In this document: in pieces, positions 1 to 14,094 of the stretch
How the letters are laid out: every line of letters begins with the position of its first letter
How positions within the stretch are numbered: the first letter of the stretch is position 1
Assembly: GCA_028534125.1 (NCBI GenBank)
Contig: CM052816.1
Coordinates: 29,328,001-29,392,000, forward strand
DNA from: Lama glama
Taxonomy: Eukaryota
DNA: 64,000 nt
Reading direction: 5' to 3'
Translations under genes and position numbers: made by a program
The notes under the pieces: model-generated
What the model was told of the DNA's origin: nothing
The model's input: only the letters and a program-made list of their open reading frames with translations
Database searches by the model: none

Positions 1-167
1 CTCATTTCTAGGGAAAATACATTTATATTGCAGGTACATAACAAACTAAAATACAGGTGATCTAATGTTATAAAGGAAACTTAGTCCTTAAGACAATTCT
101 TTAACCTACAGGAGGAAAAAAAAGGAGGGGGGTAAAGAAGAAGTATTTGACTAATAATATCTAAGAT

Positions 168-327
168 AGCACTGTGCAATAGAACTTTCTGGGAAGATGG
201 AAATGTCCTATTTCTGCACTGCAGCCACTAACCACAAGTGGCTATTAAGTGCTTGAAATGTGGCTGGTACAACAAAATGAATATTCAATTTTATTTCATT
301 CCTATTAGTTTTAAGTAGCTACATAGG
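168..327. mobile_element. MER3-like hAT-Charlie MITE
   Basis: gcactgtgcaatagaactttctg...gccactaaccacaagtggctattaagtgcttgaaatgtggct matches the recalled MER3 consensus. Confidence 0.75.
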
Positions 328-1806
328 CAAATGAGAATTTGAGGAGGGGAGGAGGAGCACGTTTGATTTGAAAAAGCATGCTCAAGGCTACACCACTACA
401 TATGGAAAACAAACTTACTGTTTTTGTAATACTAACTACAAAAAGTAAAGCTCAACAAAATATTATGGCTTCGTTATTTTCTGCTAATCAGCCCAGAAGA
501 AGGGTTCACATCCCCAGAGTTGTGTGTCAAATGGTCAGATGGCAACTCAACATCACCACTGCCTCTTTCTACCTGGGAGGAGCCAGGTTCCTTCCCTGGG
601 ACCCTGCCAGCCTTGAGTTAGACCTACAAAAAGAGATACTCAAAGGGTGAAAAAGTAGAAGCCTGCAGATGCAGGCAATCTTGTGAGCAGGCTGTAGATG
701 TAAGATTGGCAGCACATCTAGGTTAGCTCTTGAGAACCACCTGCTGAGATGGTCAGTGACAGTTTCCCTGACACGCACCTGCCCAGCCCTTCCAACGGTA
801 AGCCTCAAATTCTCTATTCAAACCCTTCACACTTGGAAAACTTAGAGGGCTTCTGTTTTCCTGACTGCTACAGGTTGCATATCAAAACTAGGGGGCGGGG
901 AGGGGAGTCTGGAATCTTTACCTTTAAAAAATTGGTTTTAAAACCCCAGAACTAAAAAAAAAAAAAAAAAAAAAAAAAGTTGCAAACATTTTTCTAGATC
1001 CTCAATGTGGAAAGAAGACACTAAAATGTCTGTCTCATTATTCGCTTGAACACTCAAAACAAATCATATCCTATTTCCTTTCCTCTAAAATTTCAAAAAA
1101 AAAAAAAAACCCACCGGCAATCTAATTTTATCCCTGGTCCAAAAAAAAAAAAATCTAATTTGCGGAAGTCAGTAAGCACTGGCTTTGTAAAATACATCTA
1201 TTCAAGAAGGTTCCTTACAAATACTATCAGAATCAATACATCAAATGTAAAGATTGTATTTGCTGCTCTTCTCGTGGCTTTATTTTTAATGTCAAGCCTA
1301 ATTTTGACTCTTAAGTTTTTATAATGATAAGAAAGTTACATATAGCAATGATAACTTGTGCAGAATGGAATATGAAGTCTGGGTACAGAAAGGGGGCATT
1401 TCACTTCTTACACAATATTGCTTTAAGAATTTTTCTAAGAAACAATTTTAAAAAAATAATTTATTATTCTGTAGAAAAAAAGACTTTTTACATAGAGCAG
1501 GTCTTTTAAGAACAAGAACATATTCACAACCAATTCTACAATAATGTACTGAATATATCATGTGCTTATTAATAAAAAAATTAAACAATAGAATAAAAGT
1601 TAGACTCATGAAATAATCTACATCAAAAGTTTAAAAAAATTCTCACATATTATATAAAATATGTAGCCAGACTTTGTCAGACTTACGTACAATCTAATTT
1701 CATAATTACACTGGAATCCTGAGATATTTGCTCAATGATTATTAACATGAGAAGTAGCATTAGCAGAGAAAAAAATAAAACAGTATAGTCCTCTCAAAAA
1801 TCATAC

Positions 1807-1914
1807 CATAGTTGGCCACTGCTTTTCCACCTTTTCTTCTTATTTCTTCAACAACCTTATCAGCAGCTGACGAGCCTTTACCAACTCCCTTGAAGTCTCC
1901 TCCTAGATCATTCA
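1807..1914 (-). CDS. HSD17B4: HSD17B4 (peroxisomal D-bifunctional protein) coding exon 3, 108 nt
   Basis: Minus strand reads ttgcag|TGAATGATCTAGGAGGAGAC...GCCAACTATG|gtatga. It translates in phase with exon 2 as (V)[35 protein letters not shown](D), matching the SDR domain of HSD17B4. Confidence 0.97.
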
Positions 1915-2249
1915 CTGCAATGCAAAAGTAAGTAAGAATTCAGTTCTAGCCCTTAAAAATATGAGTTGGAAATGAAACACTCTAAGTGTATTTCTTCAGT
2001 CATCTGCCCAGTTCCCTCCTACCCTATTCCACCTTACTGAAAGCACCATGAGATATGTACCTTTAAAACACGCCTTCTTGTTTTTAAATATAGATATATA
2101 GATATGTTTACACATAGGTTCATGTCATGAAATTTTTAACTGTGCAATGTTTTTCCTTTTTTGTAAAGAAAAAGAACATAATTCAAGCCACTTTTAGCAA
2201 AAAGAAGGAAAAGAAAGAAACCTAAAGATCAAAATTAATATTAAACATA

Positions 2250-2843
2250 CAGGAAAACAATATGGACATTCTTCAGAAAATTAAAAATAGAACTGCTATG
2301 TGATCTAGCAATCCCACTTCTGGGTACTTATTCAAAAGAACTGAAATAAGGAACCAAAGAGATAACAGCACCCCAATGTTCACTGCAGCACTATTCGCAA
2401 TAGCCAAGGTGTGGGAAAAACCTACTGATTGACAAATAAAATGGATAAAGAAAATGTGGTACACACATACAATGGAGTATTACTCAACCTTAAAAACAAA
2501 GAAGGAAGTTTTGCAATATATGACAACGTGGATGACCTTTGAATACAGCATGGTAACCTAGTCACAGAAGGCCAAATACCACACGATTCTACTTACATGA
2601 AAGTATCTAAAATAGTCAAACTCATAGAATCACAGAGTAGAATGGTGGTTGCAGAGGTTGGGGAAGGAGAAAATGAGGAGTTGCTAATCAATGAAGTTTC
2701 AATAATGCAAGGTGAGGAAGTTCTAGAGATCTTATCTGCTGTACAACACAGGGCCTATGGTTAATAATAGTGTATTGTACACTTACAAATCTATTAAGGA
2801 GGCAGATCTCATAGTAAGTGTTCTCACCACAATAAAAAAAAAT
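2250..2843 (+). mobile_element. L1 (L1MA/MB-like) 3' fragment
   Basis: End of ORF2 plus 3'UTR (gcaatcccacttctgggta...aaaatgtggtacacacatacaatggagtattactc...ttctcaccacaataaaaaaa). Confidence 0.85.
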
Positions 2844-3821
2844 GGTTAAATAAACAGTGTGAAATATCTTCTCCACGTCATGAAAGCTTGTTTACAGGAA
2901 TGGTGATAAAGAGCAAGTGCAATATTAAACTCTTGGAGAAGCACACTTGTGAACTTCCATAAAACACAGTGTCATAGTCTAGAAATGAAAGAAACAAATA
3001 AAGATTATTTATTCAAAGAGACCAAAAATTATATACACAACTAATATGTGTTTAGTCACTAATTTATACCATATATATGATTTACATGTTTAACAACTGA
3101 CCACATTGACCATATAACATCTCCCTATATTCAAAATTTTTGTGGACTGGGGTATATTTTTTATAACAATACATTTTATCAATCTTACTGTAAATTAAAA
3201 AAAATGCTGCAAAGAGACAAAATAATGGGGAAAGGTTTACATTATCCCTCAGAGATTTAAAAAAAAAAAGTGGTACAATTCTCAAGATTAAATTCCTATC
3301 AATTGTTCATTTCCAGGCAATTACTCAAATGACAGGAAACAACCAGTAAAAATTATCAAGATTTTAAGACTTGCAGCTTTTACAACCCTTTTTATCTAAG
3401 CAAGGGAAAGCTCAAAAGCAAACTGGCAAAGGAAACATTTAAGTAAACAAAGAATTGTTCAATTGTGCAATGAAACATTACCCCCAAGTGGAAACTGTTT
3501 AAAGTACAGCCATGTGCAATCAAAGGTAAGCACTGAAGCCTGGATAATTTACTGTGATCAATGATGTGCAGTGAAACAATATCATAACAGATTTACTCAA
3601 GACAAGTCTCTATGCTAGAGAGCACAAATTTAACAATGAATCCCACTCAGTTATGCCACCAACAACAGAGCTAAATTGCAGGTATTACAACCTAAACTAG
3701 AAAAGCATGGGTTACATACTGACGGGCTTGGATAGCAATAATGTTAAAAGAGTTTTTGTAATTGTAAACAAAGAGCAATGTAGCCATACTATGTAACGCT
3801 GTTACCGCTTAAATGTGTAAC

Positions 3822-3822
<1 letters not shown>

Positions 3823-3854
<32 letters not shown>
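3823..3854. repeat. (AAT)n microsatellite
   Basis: About 10 perfect units. Confidence 0.95.
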
Positions 3855-6719
3855 CGTTTTTAATACCATTACTGCCTTATACTGGTACATATATGTATTT
3901 GCATTTTCAAAGACCCATTATGTATACTGTACATTGCTGCATTTAATCTCCATATAGGTTTTTAGGAGTTTGGCAAGAACAGATGTTCCAATTTCCACAG
4001 AAGAGGGAACAAGTTACCTAGCAAAGCTTGAAATGGCAAAATCCAGACCAGAACCTAGACCTACCACAGTAACACCCTGCTCCTCTAATGCTATAAACAA
4101 AAGTTTCCTTTATTCTAATTATTTCCACTTAAAAAAAATCACATTTCTTTGGGGAAGATATAGAGGAAACATTAAGTCAGCCACCTCAGCCAAACAAATA
4201 GCTTTTTAAAACAGGTAGTAAAAATGGTAAGATTATGATAGTTAAAGACAGAGCCTTTTCAACTGAAACCATCAAAATATCCCCAAACGTGATATATTCG
4301 TAAATCCTCCATATAAAATCCAATTTACACCTCTAAGGAGTTTACAGCTCTAAGGAGCTATATGTCAACCACTAGAGCAGGAATGTAAGGAACCAGAGAA
4401 TTCTAAAACACACTTAAAACCTATAAAAGTACTCTATTAAGAGGTAAATGGATACCTAAAAACAAAGTACCGAGTTATCAGGTATAGATGGCCTAAAAAT
4501 CAGACCACATTTTTGTGAGAATGCCTGTTTCCCCACATCCTTACAACAGTGGACATTATCATTCTTCTCAGTCTAACGATTAAATGATTATAAATTGTAG
4601 CTCATTATTTTAATTTACCTACATTCCTTTGAGCACTAGTCAGGTAACATTTTATTTTCATGGGCTTATTGATCATTTATATTTCTTATTTTTTGCCTGC
4701 TTAAATCACATTTCATTTGAGATGCTTTTCTTTCTTACAGATTTGTACGTGTCCCTCCTTTATAAAAGATTTTAATTTTTTGTCATATGTTATAAATAAT
4801 AAATTCCTTTATTTAAATGTTAAGAAGGAAACAGAGGTAATATCTGAGCATTAATAATACTTGATGAGTATTACGTACATTGTTTTTCAGCATTTTGTTA
4901 TGAAAACCAGATTGAGAAATGTGAATCTGTCTTTAGTAATCCTGTTTACTGGACAGGACTTTGCTCTCAGAAGCTGGCTTTCTTGTTCTGTCTCTCTACC
5001 CTTTACCCTAGTCTCCTCTGACAATTGGCTTCAAAGACTAGAGCAAGAAACATGCTTGCTCTTGATATGATGGCTGCTAAACCAGCTAAGGGAATATGTC
5101 ACTTTCAGTTTGACAGGAAAAAAAATGCAAACTAAACTGATCATCACCTTGTTCAAACTGTCCCACCTTCTCAGCATCACTTCTCTGCTGGGGGAGTTAT
5201 CTCCCAGGCACTCTTTCCCTCCTCCCGTCTCTGAACAGCACATGTCACTGAGCCCCAGGTCTTGTCATCGATTTCAAACGATCACTATATTCCCACTCTG
5301 TACCAACACTGTGCCCGGTGCTTTGGGCTCTTAAGATAGACAGTCTGTGCACTGAGAAGTTTCCAGTTCTTTTGAGGAACTGTTTATTGCCATCGTTTCT
5401 ATTCTATCATTTCATGCCCATATTACTGCAGTTGCCTCCCCACCAAAAAGAGGTGGTCTTTTGCCTCACTCTTAACCTCCCCAGGCGATCAACAGACACT
5501 TGCTGGGTAATGGCCCTAAGCCAGACTTTATATTATGTCATTCTTTTGTTCAAAATCTGTAGTGGAACCCTTTTATTCACTGCCTAACTTTCAAGATCCC
5601 TTGAAGGTTGGCCTCATTTTATGCTTCAGTTTACTATACGTAGATCCTTCTTTTTGCTCTCAGTGCAAGAAATTGCTTATACAGCAGTTTCTAACTTCTG
5701 ACTTAATTATAAAGAGTAATTACGTTATAATGCTTTGCATTTGAAGAGTGCTTTATAAGTACATTTAGACATATTCATATTCAAATATTTATTCAATCCA
5801 AGGATTTGTCAGCACTGAGTCATATCTATCACCAATGACATCTCTATAAACCATTTTTATTTCCAAAGTAAAATGATGCTTCCAATTCTATAAAATTGGA
5901 GTAACTTTTATATATATTGGTTATATAAGTGACATCTTTTGCACTGAGTAATTCAAGAAGTGTATGAAAAGATAATAAGGTCAATATTATACTATAAATG
6001 GTGGTTTTTTTTTTGGCGAGGTTATTTACTTTTTTTATCCTTTTTAAGAAATTTAAGCCCTGCAGATTCAAAAAAATCCTTTTCAATCCTTGCCCTATGC
6101 CAGTTTCTCCCAAAGGTAACTATTAAGCACTTCCTGGATGTCCTTTCAGACATTTCTATTTTCTATGCTTGATGCCGTTCCTCCCATTTTGATAGTTTCC
6201 TACAGCAATCAACAGCATTAAGAAGCATTTCACTGATTTCAGAGCTGTGGGCCCAATGAAGATTTTTTCCTATATCTGTTTATGTCCTGACTGCTACCAA
6301 AAAGTATTCAAAGTGCCTTAAATATAAAATGAACTTGTATGGACTAATAAAGATCAGAAAAGTCAAGAAAATGTTACATCAGAGAAAGAGAAGCCTATTG
6401 AAAGGATAAGTTAATAGTTACTCTAGTTGGAGACAGTGTCAGGTTTACCCTTAAGCTTCTGGACAACCAAAGGAAAAGGGGAAAAACAGAGTTCCCATAC
6501 TGTTTTCATTGTTTGGTAGAAAGATACAATCACTGTAGTTCATCAGGAATCTTTTCCAGAATGGCCATAAATGTATCTGAACGTGGTGGTGGTTTAGAAA
6601 GCAGTGTCTTAAATTAGGCACTTTTAATTTAAGGGACCTAAGTTGTCTCAACAACAAGAAGGCTTCAAAGGTCTCCTTAAAGGGAAAAGAAACTGAAAAT
6701 GAGAGACTAAGTCCTCCAG

Positions 6720-7545
6720 AGTTCAGTCCTGGGACCTCTTCTCCTGTTTATCTGCAGCCACTCCTGGGTAAGCTGAACTAGTCTCCTGGTTTTAAATACC
6801 ACCTAGAAACTCAGAATATTCCGATTACATAGCTTCAACCTGCCCCCTCTGCCCCTGCAGAGTCCTATGTCCCACTGCCTACTTAATACCTCCCTCTGAA
6901 AGTCTAACGGGAATGTCCCCTCTCTGTGAACCCAGCCCTCCTTCAGTCTTTCCTTTTTCAGTAAACAGCCTTCTCTTTCCCTTTCAGCCCACATCAGCAA
7001 ATAAGAAAATCTACCTTCAAAATATGTCCAGAATTTAACCTCTGTGGACCACCCTCACCCCTACCACCTGTCTGAATCACCAACTTGTAGGGGGATTACT
7101 GCAATAACCAGACAGGTTTCCTCTCCTCCTCCTCCTTCTCCTTCTTCTTCTTAAGAGAAAATTACAAGTGGGGACAAGAAGAGTCAATAGTATAATAAAC
7201 CACGATGTGATCATCATTCTCTTCAACTTCTGCTCTTGCGCCCCTATAATCTATTCTTCACTCAGCAAACAGAATGATGCATTTAAACCTTAAATCAGGT
7301 CATGTTGCTCCTCTATTCATACACTCCAATGGCTTTCCATCTCAACCCAGGTAGAAGCCAGTCCTTACTTGGAACTAAATGGTCCTAAATATTCTGGTCT
7401 CCTTTGACCTCTCATCTCTCAATCTTCTTCCCCTGGATGGTTTCACTCCAGCCTGGGGTGCCCCTTGAGTAAATAAAACCACAGGCTCACTTTGACATGA
7501 TCCGGAGCATAGTGCTCAGCACATGGTAGGCAGTCTCTAATGTTG
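6720..7545 (+). mobile_element. L2 3' fragment
   Basis: cagtcctgggacctcttctc...taaatcaggtcatgttgctcctct...agtgctcagcacatggtaggca. Confidence 0.7.
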
Positions 7546-8199
7546 GCTTTTTTCCCTTTTCAAAAGGTCCAATTCTTGATGTCATTTAATCCCCATCATA
7601 ATCCTGGAAGTTATTAGGTAATATTTAGAGAGGTCATTCATTGAGAGGGCAGAGCCAGGATTTGAAGCCTGACCTAACTTCAAAGGCAATTCACTTTCCC
7701 CACTACAGTTCACCTTGTGGCTGTCAGGATCATACAGTGGTTAAAAACACAGGTTCTGGCATCAGACCAAAGGCACTTAAGACTCATCTTTACCAGTTAT
7801 TATGTAACTGCAGCATAGAAATCATGTTGATCTCACTTTAAAAGACTGTAATTTCAATTACAAAAGCGTTACTTCTTCAGTTCAAAAAAAGAAAGTGCTC
7901 TGCCTTTCTTACTGTCCAAGAAGAGGTTATCCTTGCTGGAAGACTTGGCTCTTCTCTGTGTTCTTGCCCTCAAGATAAAACTTAATATTCAGAGAAATGG
8001 ATATGGCTCATCTGAGGAAACCTCAAAACTATTCTATTCCCAACGTTCACTTCAGATATGCGCGAACATTTCCTGCAAGATGTAATGTGTACAAAACCAA
8101 ATTTCCCTTGTGATAATTATCAGCCAAAGGCTAATCAGTTCTTATACCAGATGTCACTCTCCCATTATACCTCACACTATGAAATATAAAATAGAGTAA

Positions 8200-8512
8200 T
8201 CCTATTAACATTCAGTCAGAGATGCCCTTAACTTTGGGCTTTGCAAGGTGATTTACTTCAGCCAACAAAACAGGCGCAGATGTGACTACTTCTGAACAGA
8301 AGTTCTAAGAGCCACCTCTGTTCCAAGAAGAGCAATGTCCCAGATGGAAGCTGCTTCTTCAGCTGGATCTTGAAATTAGTAAGATATGAAGAGCAGAGAC
8401 ACAGCTGACCAAAAGCTTAAAGGTCATGAAAATATGATATAATCCTTTATTACTGCAAACCACTGAGATTCATTTGTTAGTCCAGTATAACCCAGCAAAA
8501 GTTGACTTGTAT
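8200..8512 (+). mobile_element. MLT1-type MaLR LTR fragment
   Basis: End motif aaccactgagattcatttgttagtccagtataacccagcaaaagttgact. Confidence 0.55.
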
Positions 8513-10531
8513 GAGAAACAAGCCACCGCCATCTCTTAAGGTCTTACTTCTCATTGGCCTCTTAACTAGTTACAGGATTAAATGATTAGTATTTTTCCAG
8601 AAGTAAGATATTCTGATGTCATCAATCCTACGTTTGCTTACTCAGGTAAAAATATGTTCAGCAGAATAAAATTAACAGAGGAGAAACATTAGTGCACATG
8701 ATACAACCCGGACGCAGGGCATTTATGTTTAAAAAGTTAAAGCAGAGGGTAGTGGTGGTTAGGGAAGAACACAACCTACTGGTAGCCTGGTCACAGTCCA
8801 AAAAGTGGTAGAAAACATCAGTGAAAAGCTCTGCAGTTTCACATAAATCAAACTAAATCTGCCTCTCCAGCCAAGTTTGGCAAATATGTATCCAAGGACA
8901 CGAATTCTCTGCCTTCTTGGACTTTTACAAGCAATTACTGCAATATCATCCCTAAGGCAAAAACAAAATAACAGACACACCATACCTGTTGATTATTTTC
9001 CTTAGAACTGAAAAACTCCAATCTGAATTCAACATATTCAAAGGTAATAAATAAACAGAGGGTAACTGATCCACACAAACCCATATTGTTGTAAAAGGTT
9101 TTATAAAACAGTTTATAAACTAAGATTATATCTTAGTCACAATAAAAAAGGTAGAAATTTATGCAACCAATCTCAAAGACTCACCAATCACTAACCCCCT
9201 GCCAAAAAGGCTACATCAAACAATAAAAGAACCAATGAACAAAGTACCTTCTTTACAAAAGGCAATAATCTAGGTCCTTTAGGAGATATAGAAGGTATTT
9301 GCACTTCTAGAATTGAGTGGAAAAGACATAAGCAAATAAAAAGTTATAAGATAAAATATTAATAAATAAATAGCAGTATTTTTTGAAAGAAAAAAATAGT
9401 AATGACATGTACCTTTAGGCCCTGACATTTCCCAAGAATGAAATACTCTTGGGAAAATCTGGCAATGAAGGCCTGAAATACACACTTTGGCCAAATATCA
9501 TATGTCAAAATGTTTCCTTGTCACAAAAAGCAGATTGGATTAACAGACAGTGGCAATGACCTTCAACAAGGAACATCCAAAGTCTCTCTGTCCCTTCCGT
9601 AAAGACAAGCTACACACCCACACTGAAGGAGAAGAGTGCATTAAGTGTCCTGCTTAGCTCTTCTTTGTTTAGAAAACCCGGGTGCTTGTTTACTCTTTTC
9701 TTACACGTTTCCGTAAACTAATTGGGGGAAATTCGCCTCTCTGTATTCCCCAGTAAGATGTAGGAAATCTGAGACTGGGAGGTCACTGCAGGCCAACAAT
9801 TTTAGCCCAGGAAAGATGTTAATAAAGATTGGGCCATAACATCTGCCCTACACACCAATCCAACTCAGAGCACTCATTTTGTTATTTTCCACAAGGCTTG
9901 GCTGTAGACAAATTCACTCCTATGCCCTCACCAACTGCCAAGTATATCAGGCCAGGGCAAACCACTGAGATTACTAAGATCTCCCACCTTTGGAATTCTT
10001 CAATACAGCATCTTCCAACTGACCCCCTCCCCATAAAACTCATGCAAATGCCCCTTTAATTACAAATTATAAAAACTGTTGTAAAAGCATCCACTTGAAA
10101 ACTTTTGAAGAAAGATTTTTTAAAACCCCACACTTTGGATTCCTTGATTTCAAACTTCCAGTTATGAAAATGCACTTATTTCTTACCCTATCAATATATT
10201 TAAACTCAGAAGGACTCATCTTGCACCAGCCTTCTACACTGAAAAATTACAGCCCACACTTTACCAAACTCAAGAATTTCCTTTTATACTATGAATACCT
10301 GCCCATCTTTCTCAATTCTGTTAAGTTGCAAATTCTGTGAAACTAGTTTACCTTAAAAAGTAAGTTAAAAAGTCAGCCTAAAACAGGAAACAATTTTTCT
10401 GACAGGAGAAAAAATTAGTGATGAAATTTGACCTTGACAAATTATTTGATGTAAATACAAAGGTGTCTGGCTTGTGAAGACTGTATTTTAGTTCCCAGCT
10501 ACTGATTAAAAAGAAAAATATATCAACTTAC

Positions 10532-10585
10532 CAACAACGGATGCACCTCTTTCTGCAAAAGCCAGGGCATAGGCTCGGCCCAATC
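10532..10585 (-). CDS. HSD17B4: HSD17B4 coding exon 2, 54 nt
   Basis: ttttaatag|GATTGGGCCGAGCCTATGCC...GTTGTTG|gtaagt. Encodes (G)LGRAYALAFAERGASVV(V) and completes the TGxxxGxG cofactor-binding motif. Confidence 0.97.
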
Positions 10586-10710
10586 CTATTAAAAAACAAA
10601 ATAATCATAACGTTGAGCAAAGGACAGCATAATTTTTTTGGCCCACTCAACTCAATCCCTATTGCAAAGTAACTGGTGAGCAATTAATTACATTACAAGG
10701 ATAGAGTCCC

Positions 10711-11234
10711 TGTTGGTACTCTTAGCCTCTACTTTATCCTCTTCTACTTGCAGAGGTTGGAAAGGTTAAAATTGTATTCTACCTATTCTACCTACCATTT
10801 CTTACCATTCTGCCTAGATTCTAGGATGCTAGATGTGAACTGGGTTCCACCTTTGAACACATTTGCATGAAAACTGGAAAGAGGAAATGAGGCAGAAGCC
10901 AGCTCATTGTGATTTCTGACTGTTGATGTTGGTTAAGAAGCTGATTTCTTGAAAATTCCTAGGTATTAAGTGGATACAGTGGCACCTTCTTGACTAGCTC
11001 CCTAATCTCTGGCTGGCAGCTTCTACTCTCTAGATCCTGAGGTCCAGGGACTGTTTGGGCTTTGACAGTTCCAATGCCAGCCTCAGAGGTAGTAGCTCCC
11101 CAATGGACCAGTTTTATATTGTTCCATAAGTAATTCCAGGAGGTACTGTCTAAAATCTAACTCCCTATACGAAGTCCTTTCCTATTTCAAATATCTAGTG
11201 ATTTCTATATCCTGCTCTGAACCTTGACCACACA
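10711..11234 (+). mobile_element. Old ERVL LTR (LTR33-like)
   Basis: 3' end resembles LTR33 (ccctatacgaagtcctttcctatttcaaatatctagtgatttctatatcctgctctgaaccttgaccacaca). Confidence 0.55.
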
Positions 11235-13983
11235 ATCATACACAGGAAATATTTAATTCTGACTCAAAGGTACGAGCTATAAATTTCTGCATTCAAAAAT
11301 GGACACATACCTATATAAGTTTTCTAGGCATAGAATAAAGACAATATAAGAGACTGGCAATTAGTGGTTACCTCTGGGGAACAGAACTGTCTGACTAGCA
11401 ACAAGAGGTAGAAAGCTTACTTGTGTATTGCTTAATTTGTTTTAACATGTACACTTTTTGAAATTTAATTGATAATTTAATTGGTAGTTTAAATTTAATT
11501 TAAATTAATTGATAAATAAGTACACAGATAACAAATTGAGATGGCGAAATTATCAGGCTCTTCAAAAAAGAACCCAAAATAAAAAGTTTTCCAAAACAAA
11601 AGGCTCACCAAAATTTTTAATTTAAAATTTAATCCACTCTGAATGGATAAGACAGAAGTCAGCTAATACAAAACTCCTCATATTTTATCAAGGCTAAAGC
11701 ACTTGTTCTAAACACGAGGTTTTTAGAGAAATCAAATACTTAATGATCAGAATGCAAAAAGGTTATGGTAGCAAAGTAGAAAATCATCAGATGAAAGGAT
11801 GGGGTAAGTCTCTAGGAAAGCCTGATCTAAGTTAATCAGAGAATTATCTCAAAATCAAGCTATATAATTCTCTCAAAAGATACGTAAGTGATCTACCTTT
11901 ATCATAAAGGCCATACAAACTGCACACAAATCTGTATATGAAGTTAAAAATGACATTCTCCTGTTTCCCTCGCATACCACTAGTCCATTAACAGATTCGT
12001 AAGTGTCCTCCCATGTTTTTACATCTGTGCTTATATAAACATTATTTAAATACTTTATATGTGTTAGTCTGTCTCCCTAACTAAAATAGAAGGTCCTTTT
12101 GGGCTGAGATTTTGTCATTCTTTTGCATTTCCCACGGTGCCCAGCAGAGCTTTACAGTCAAAATGCACAAAAAGTTAAATTCAAGAGCTTCTGTTTCGTC
12201 TTAATCCTCTTTCAAATCCTGTCTTAAATCTGCCCCAGATCTAGGCTCATTGTCAGTCATCCTCTCTCCCCCATTTTTCTTTTGACCTTAACTTCTTTAG
12301 CACCATCAAATCTCAGCTGATTCTTTTCTCAACCTGCTTGTTTAGCGCTCTCTTCAGTGGGCTAGACTTCTATCGACTTTAAGTTAACAGAGCCCCTGAG
12401 ACCAGGTCCCTAGACTATTTCACTTTCTAGCTTTACCTTTTACCTTTACCAATCAAAGGAAATCAAATGACTTCCAAGTCTCTCCTGACTTCAGTCTCTT
12501 CAACTACTCCAACGCTTCTCGCTATCTCCGGATCTACAATTTGCTATCTTACAACCATCTCAAATTCCAAATGGCCAGATTCCCTCCCTTCACTGCCCAA
12601 CTCCACCACTCTTACACAGTTACAGCCCCAGCAACCGCTATAGTCAGCTAACGCATACAAATTCCTATTATACCACCAATCATGGCAAGATTGTTTAGGT
12701 CTGGACAATTCTAAACCTCTCCTTCCAGGTCTCCCATTAAACCAGTCAATATTTCAAGGTAAACAATAGCACCTGAATAGTGCAAAAATATTTCTGTTCA
12801 TTTCTAGAATATGAGTGGGTTGGAGTCAGATTAATTCCCAGACACAGGCCCAGTAGACATTCATGGACACCCTCCTGGGATGTTCAGCAATGCCTCAACT
12901 CTATAGGTACTTATCTGTAAATGAGAACCCCAAGACCTCAAGGACAACAGTCTTCATGTTAGGTCTGGAATTTGATCTCTAAATCTAGATCTCTTTCAAT
13001 AATGATGGCCTAATGTGGACCTTATGACAGTCTCAACTTTCCCACAAAATTATATTCCACCCTCAGATCAATATTCAAATCTAATGGCTAGCAACTATAT
13101 CAAAATCCAGGCTCTTTAAAATATGAAATAATTTATGAACAGGAGGTGCTAAATTCATACTTGTCTAGTCACAATTCATTAACACTTCAGAAAATCAAGG
13201 TAGTGCGTTACAGTGCATTTACTTAATGAAACAATAGAAACTTTATAGGTGTACTACGTTTACCATACACCATGTCTCGAACTTTTTTCAAATATAAATG
13301 GTATGTGTGTGTACTGGGTCCTGGAGTACAATGTATTTCACACTGTGAGTCACTCACCGTCAAAAGAGGTTTAAAACATGGGTGCATTACTTATTTCCAT
13401 CAAAAGCAAAGTGTAAACAAAATGTTTTCCTACAAACATGTGATTGTTTTAGAAGGAACATAGCTACGGGTATAAAACATCTTTGACTAGTCAATATTTA
13501 AGACATTTTCTGAAAGGAAGCATGATGATCCACTTTATCAATGGAGATGTAAAATTACATTGAATTAACTGACAGAATTTCATTGTGACTTTTAATATAT
13601 AATTCACATTAATTCTGCATTAGGCCCATTCTAGGTAGAAGGCACTACCAGTAGGGAATCAAAGGCTCGTAAGGTCAAGATCCCTACACTTGGAGGTTAT
13701 AAACGTCATAGACTGGTTGGAAATAGTGTAAAATCTCCCTGCAAAGCATCCATGTGGGTATGAGTGGTTTGTTTTAATTTTCTGTCCTCTAAAAATAGAG
13801 TTATGTCACATAACAAATCTCCGTTTTGCTTGTGAAATATGGGAAGATCTGGCCCACTTCAGAAAGGCCTCTGCTCCCCAGGTCCTACTCCACCTCACTC
13901 TCATTTTATTCCCTTATCACTGGCCTGAGTCCTGAAAACACTTGAGTTTACAATCCATGCCAAGACTTCAGTGGACTTAGCAG

Positions 13984-14094
13984 TACGGTACTTGGCTTGG
14001 TAAGCATACAAAGTCCAACTAGAAGGACTTTTTAAGTTGACCTGTAAATACGGTACTTGGTTTGGTAAGCATACAAAGTACAACTAGAAGGACT
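13984..14094. repeat. 46-bp direct repeat, period 65
   Basis: 13984-14029 versus 14049-14094, 2 mismatches. Confidence 0.9.

Noticed and set aside
8986..9007. 22-nt AG/GT-bounded micro-exon candidate in HSD17B4 intron 2, with a strong acceptor nearby at about 8952
   Set aside because: It would shift the frame and has no support beyond the splice dinucleotide context; such sites are common by chance.
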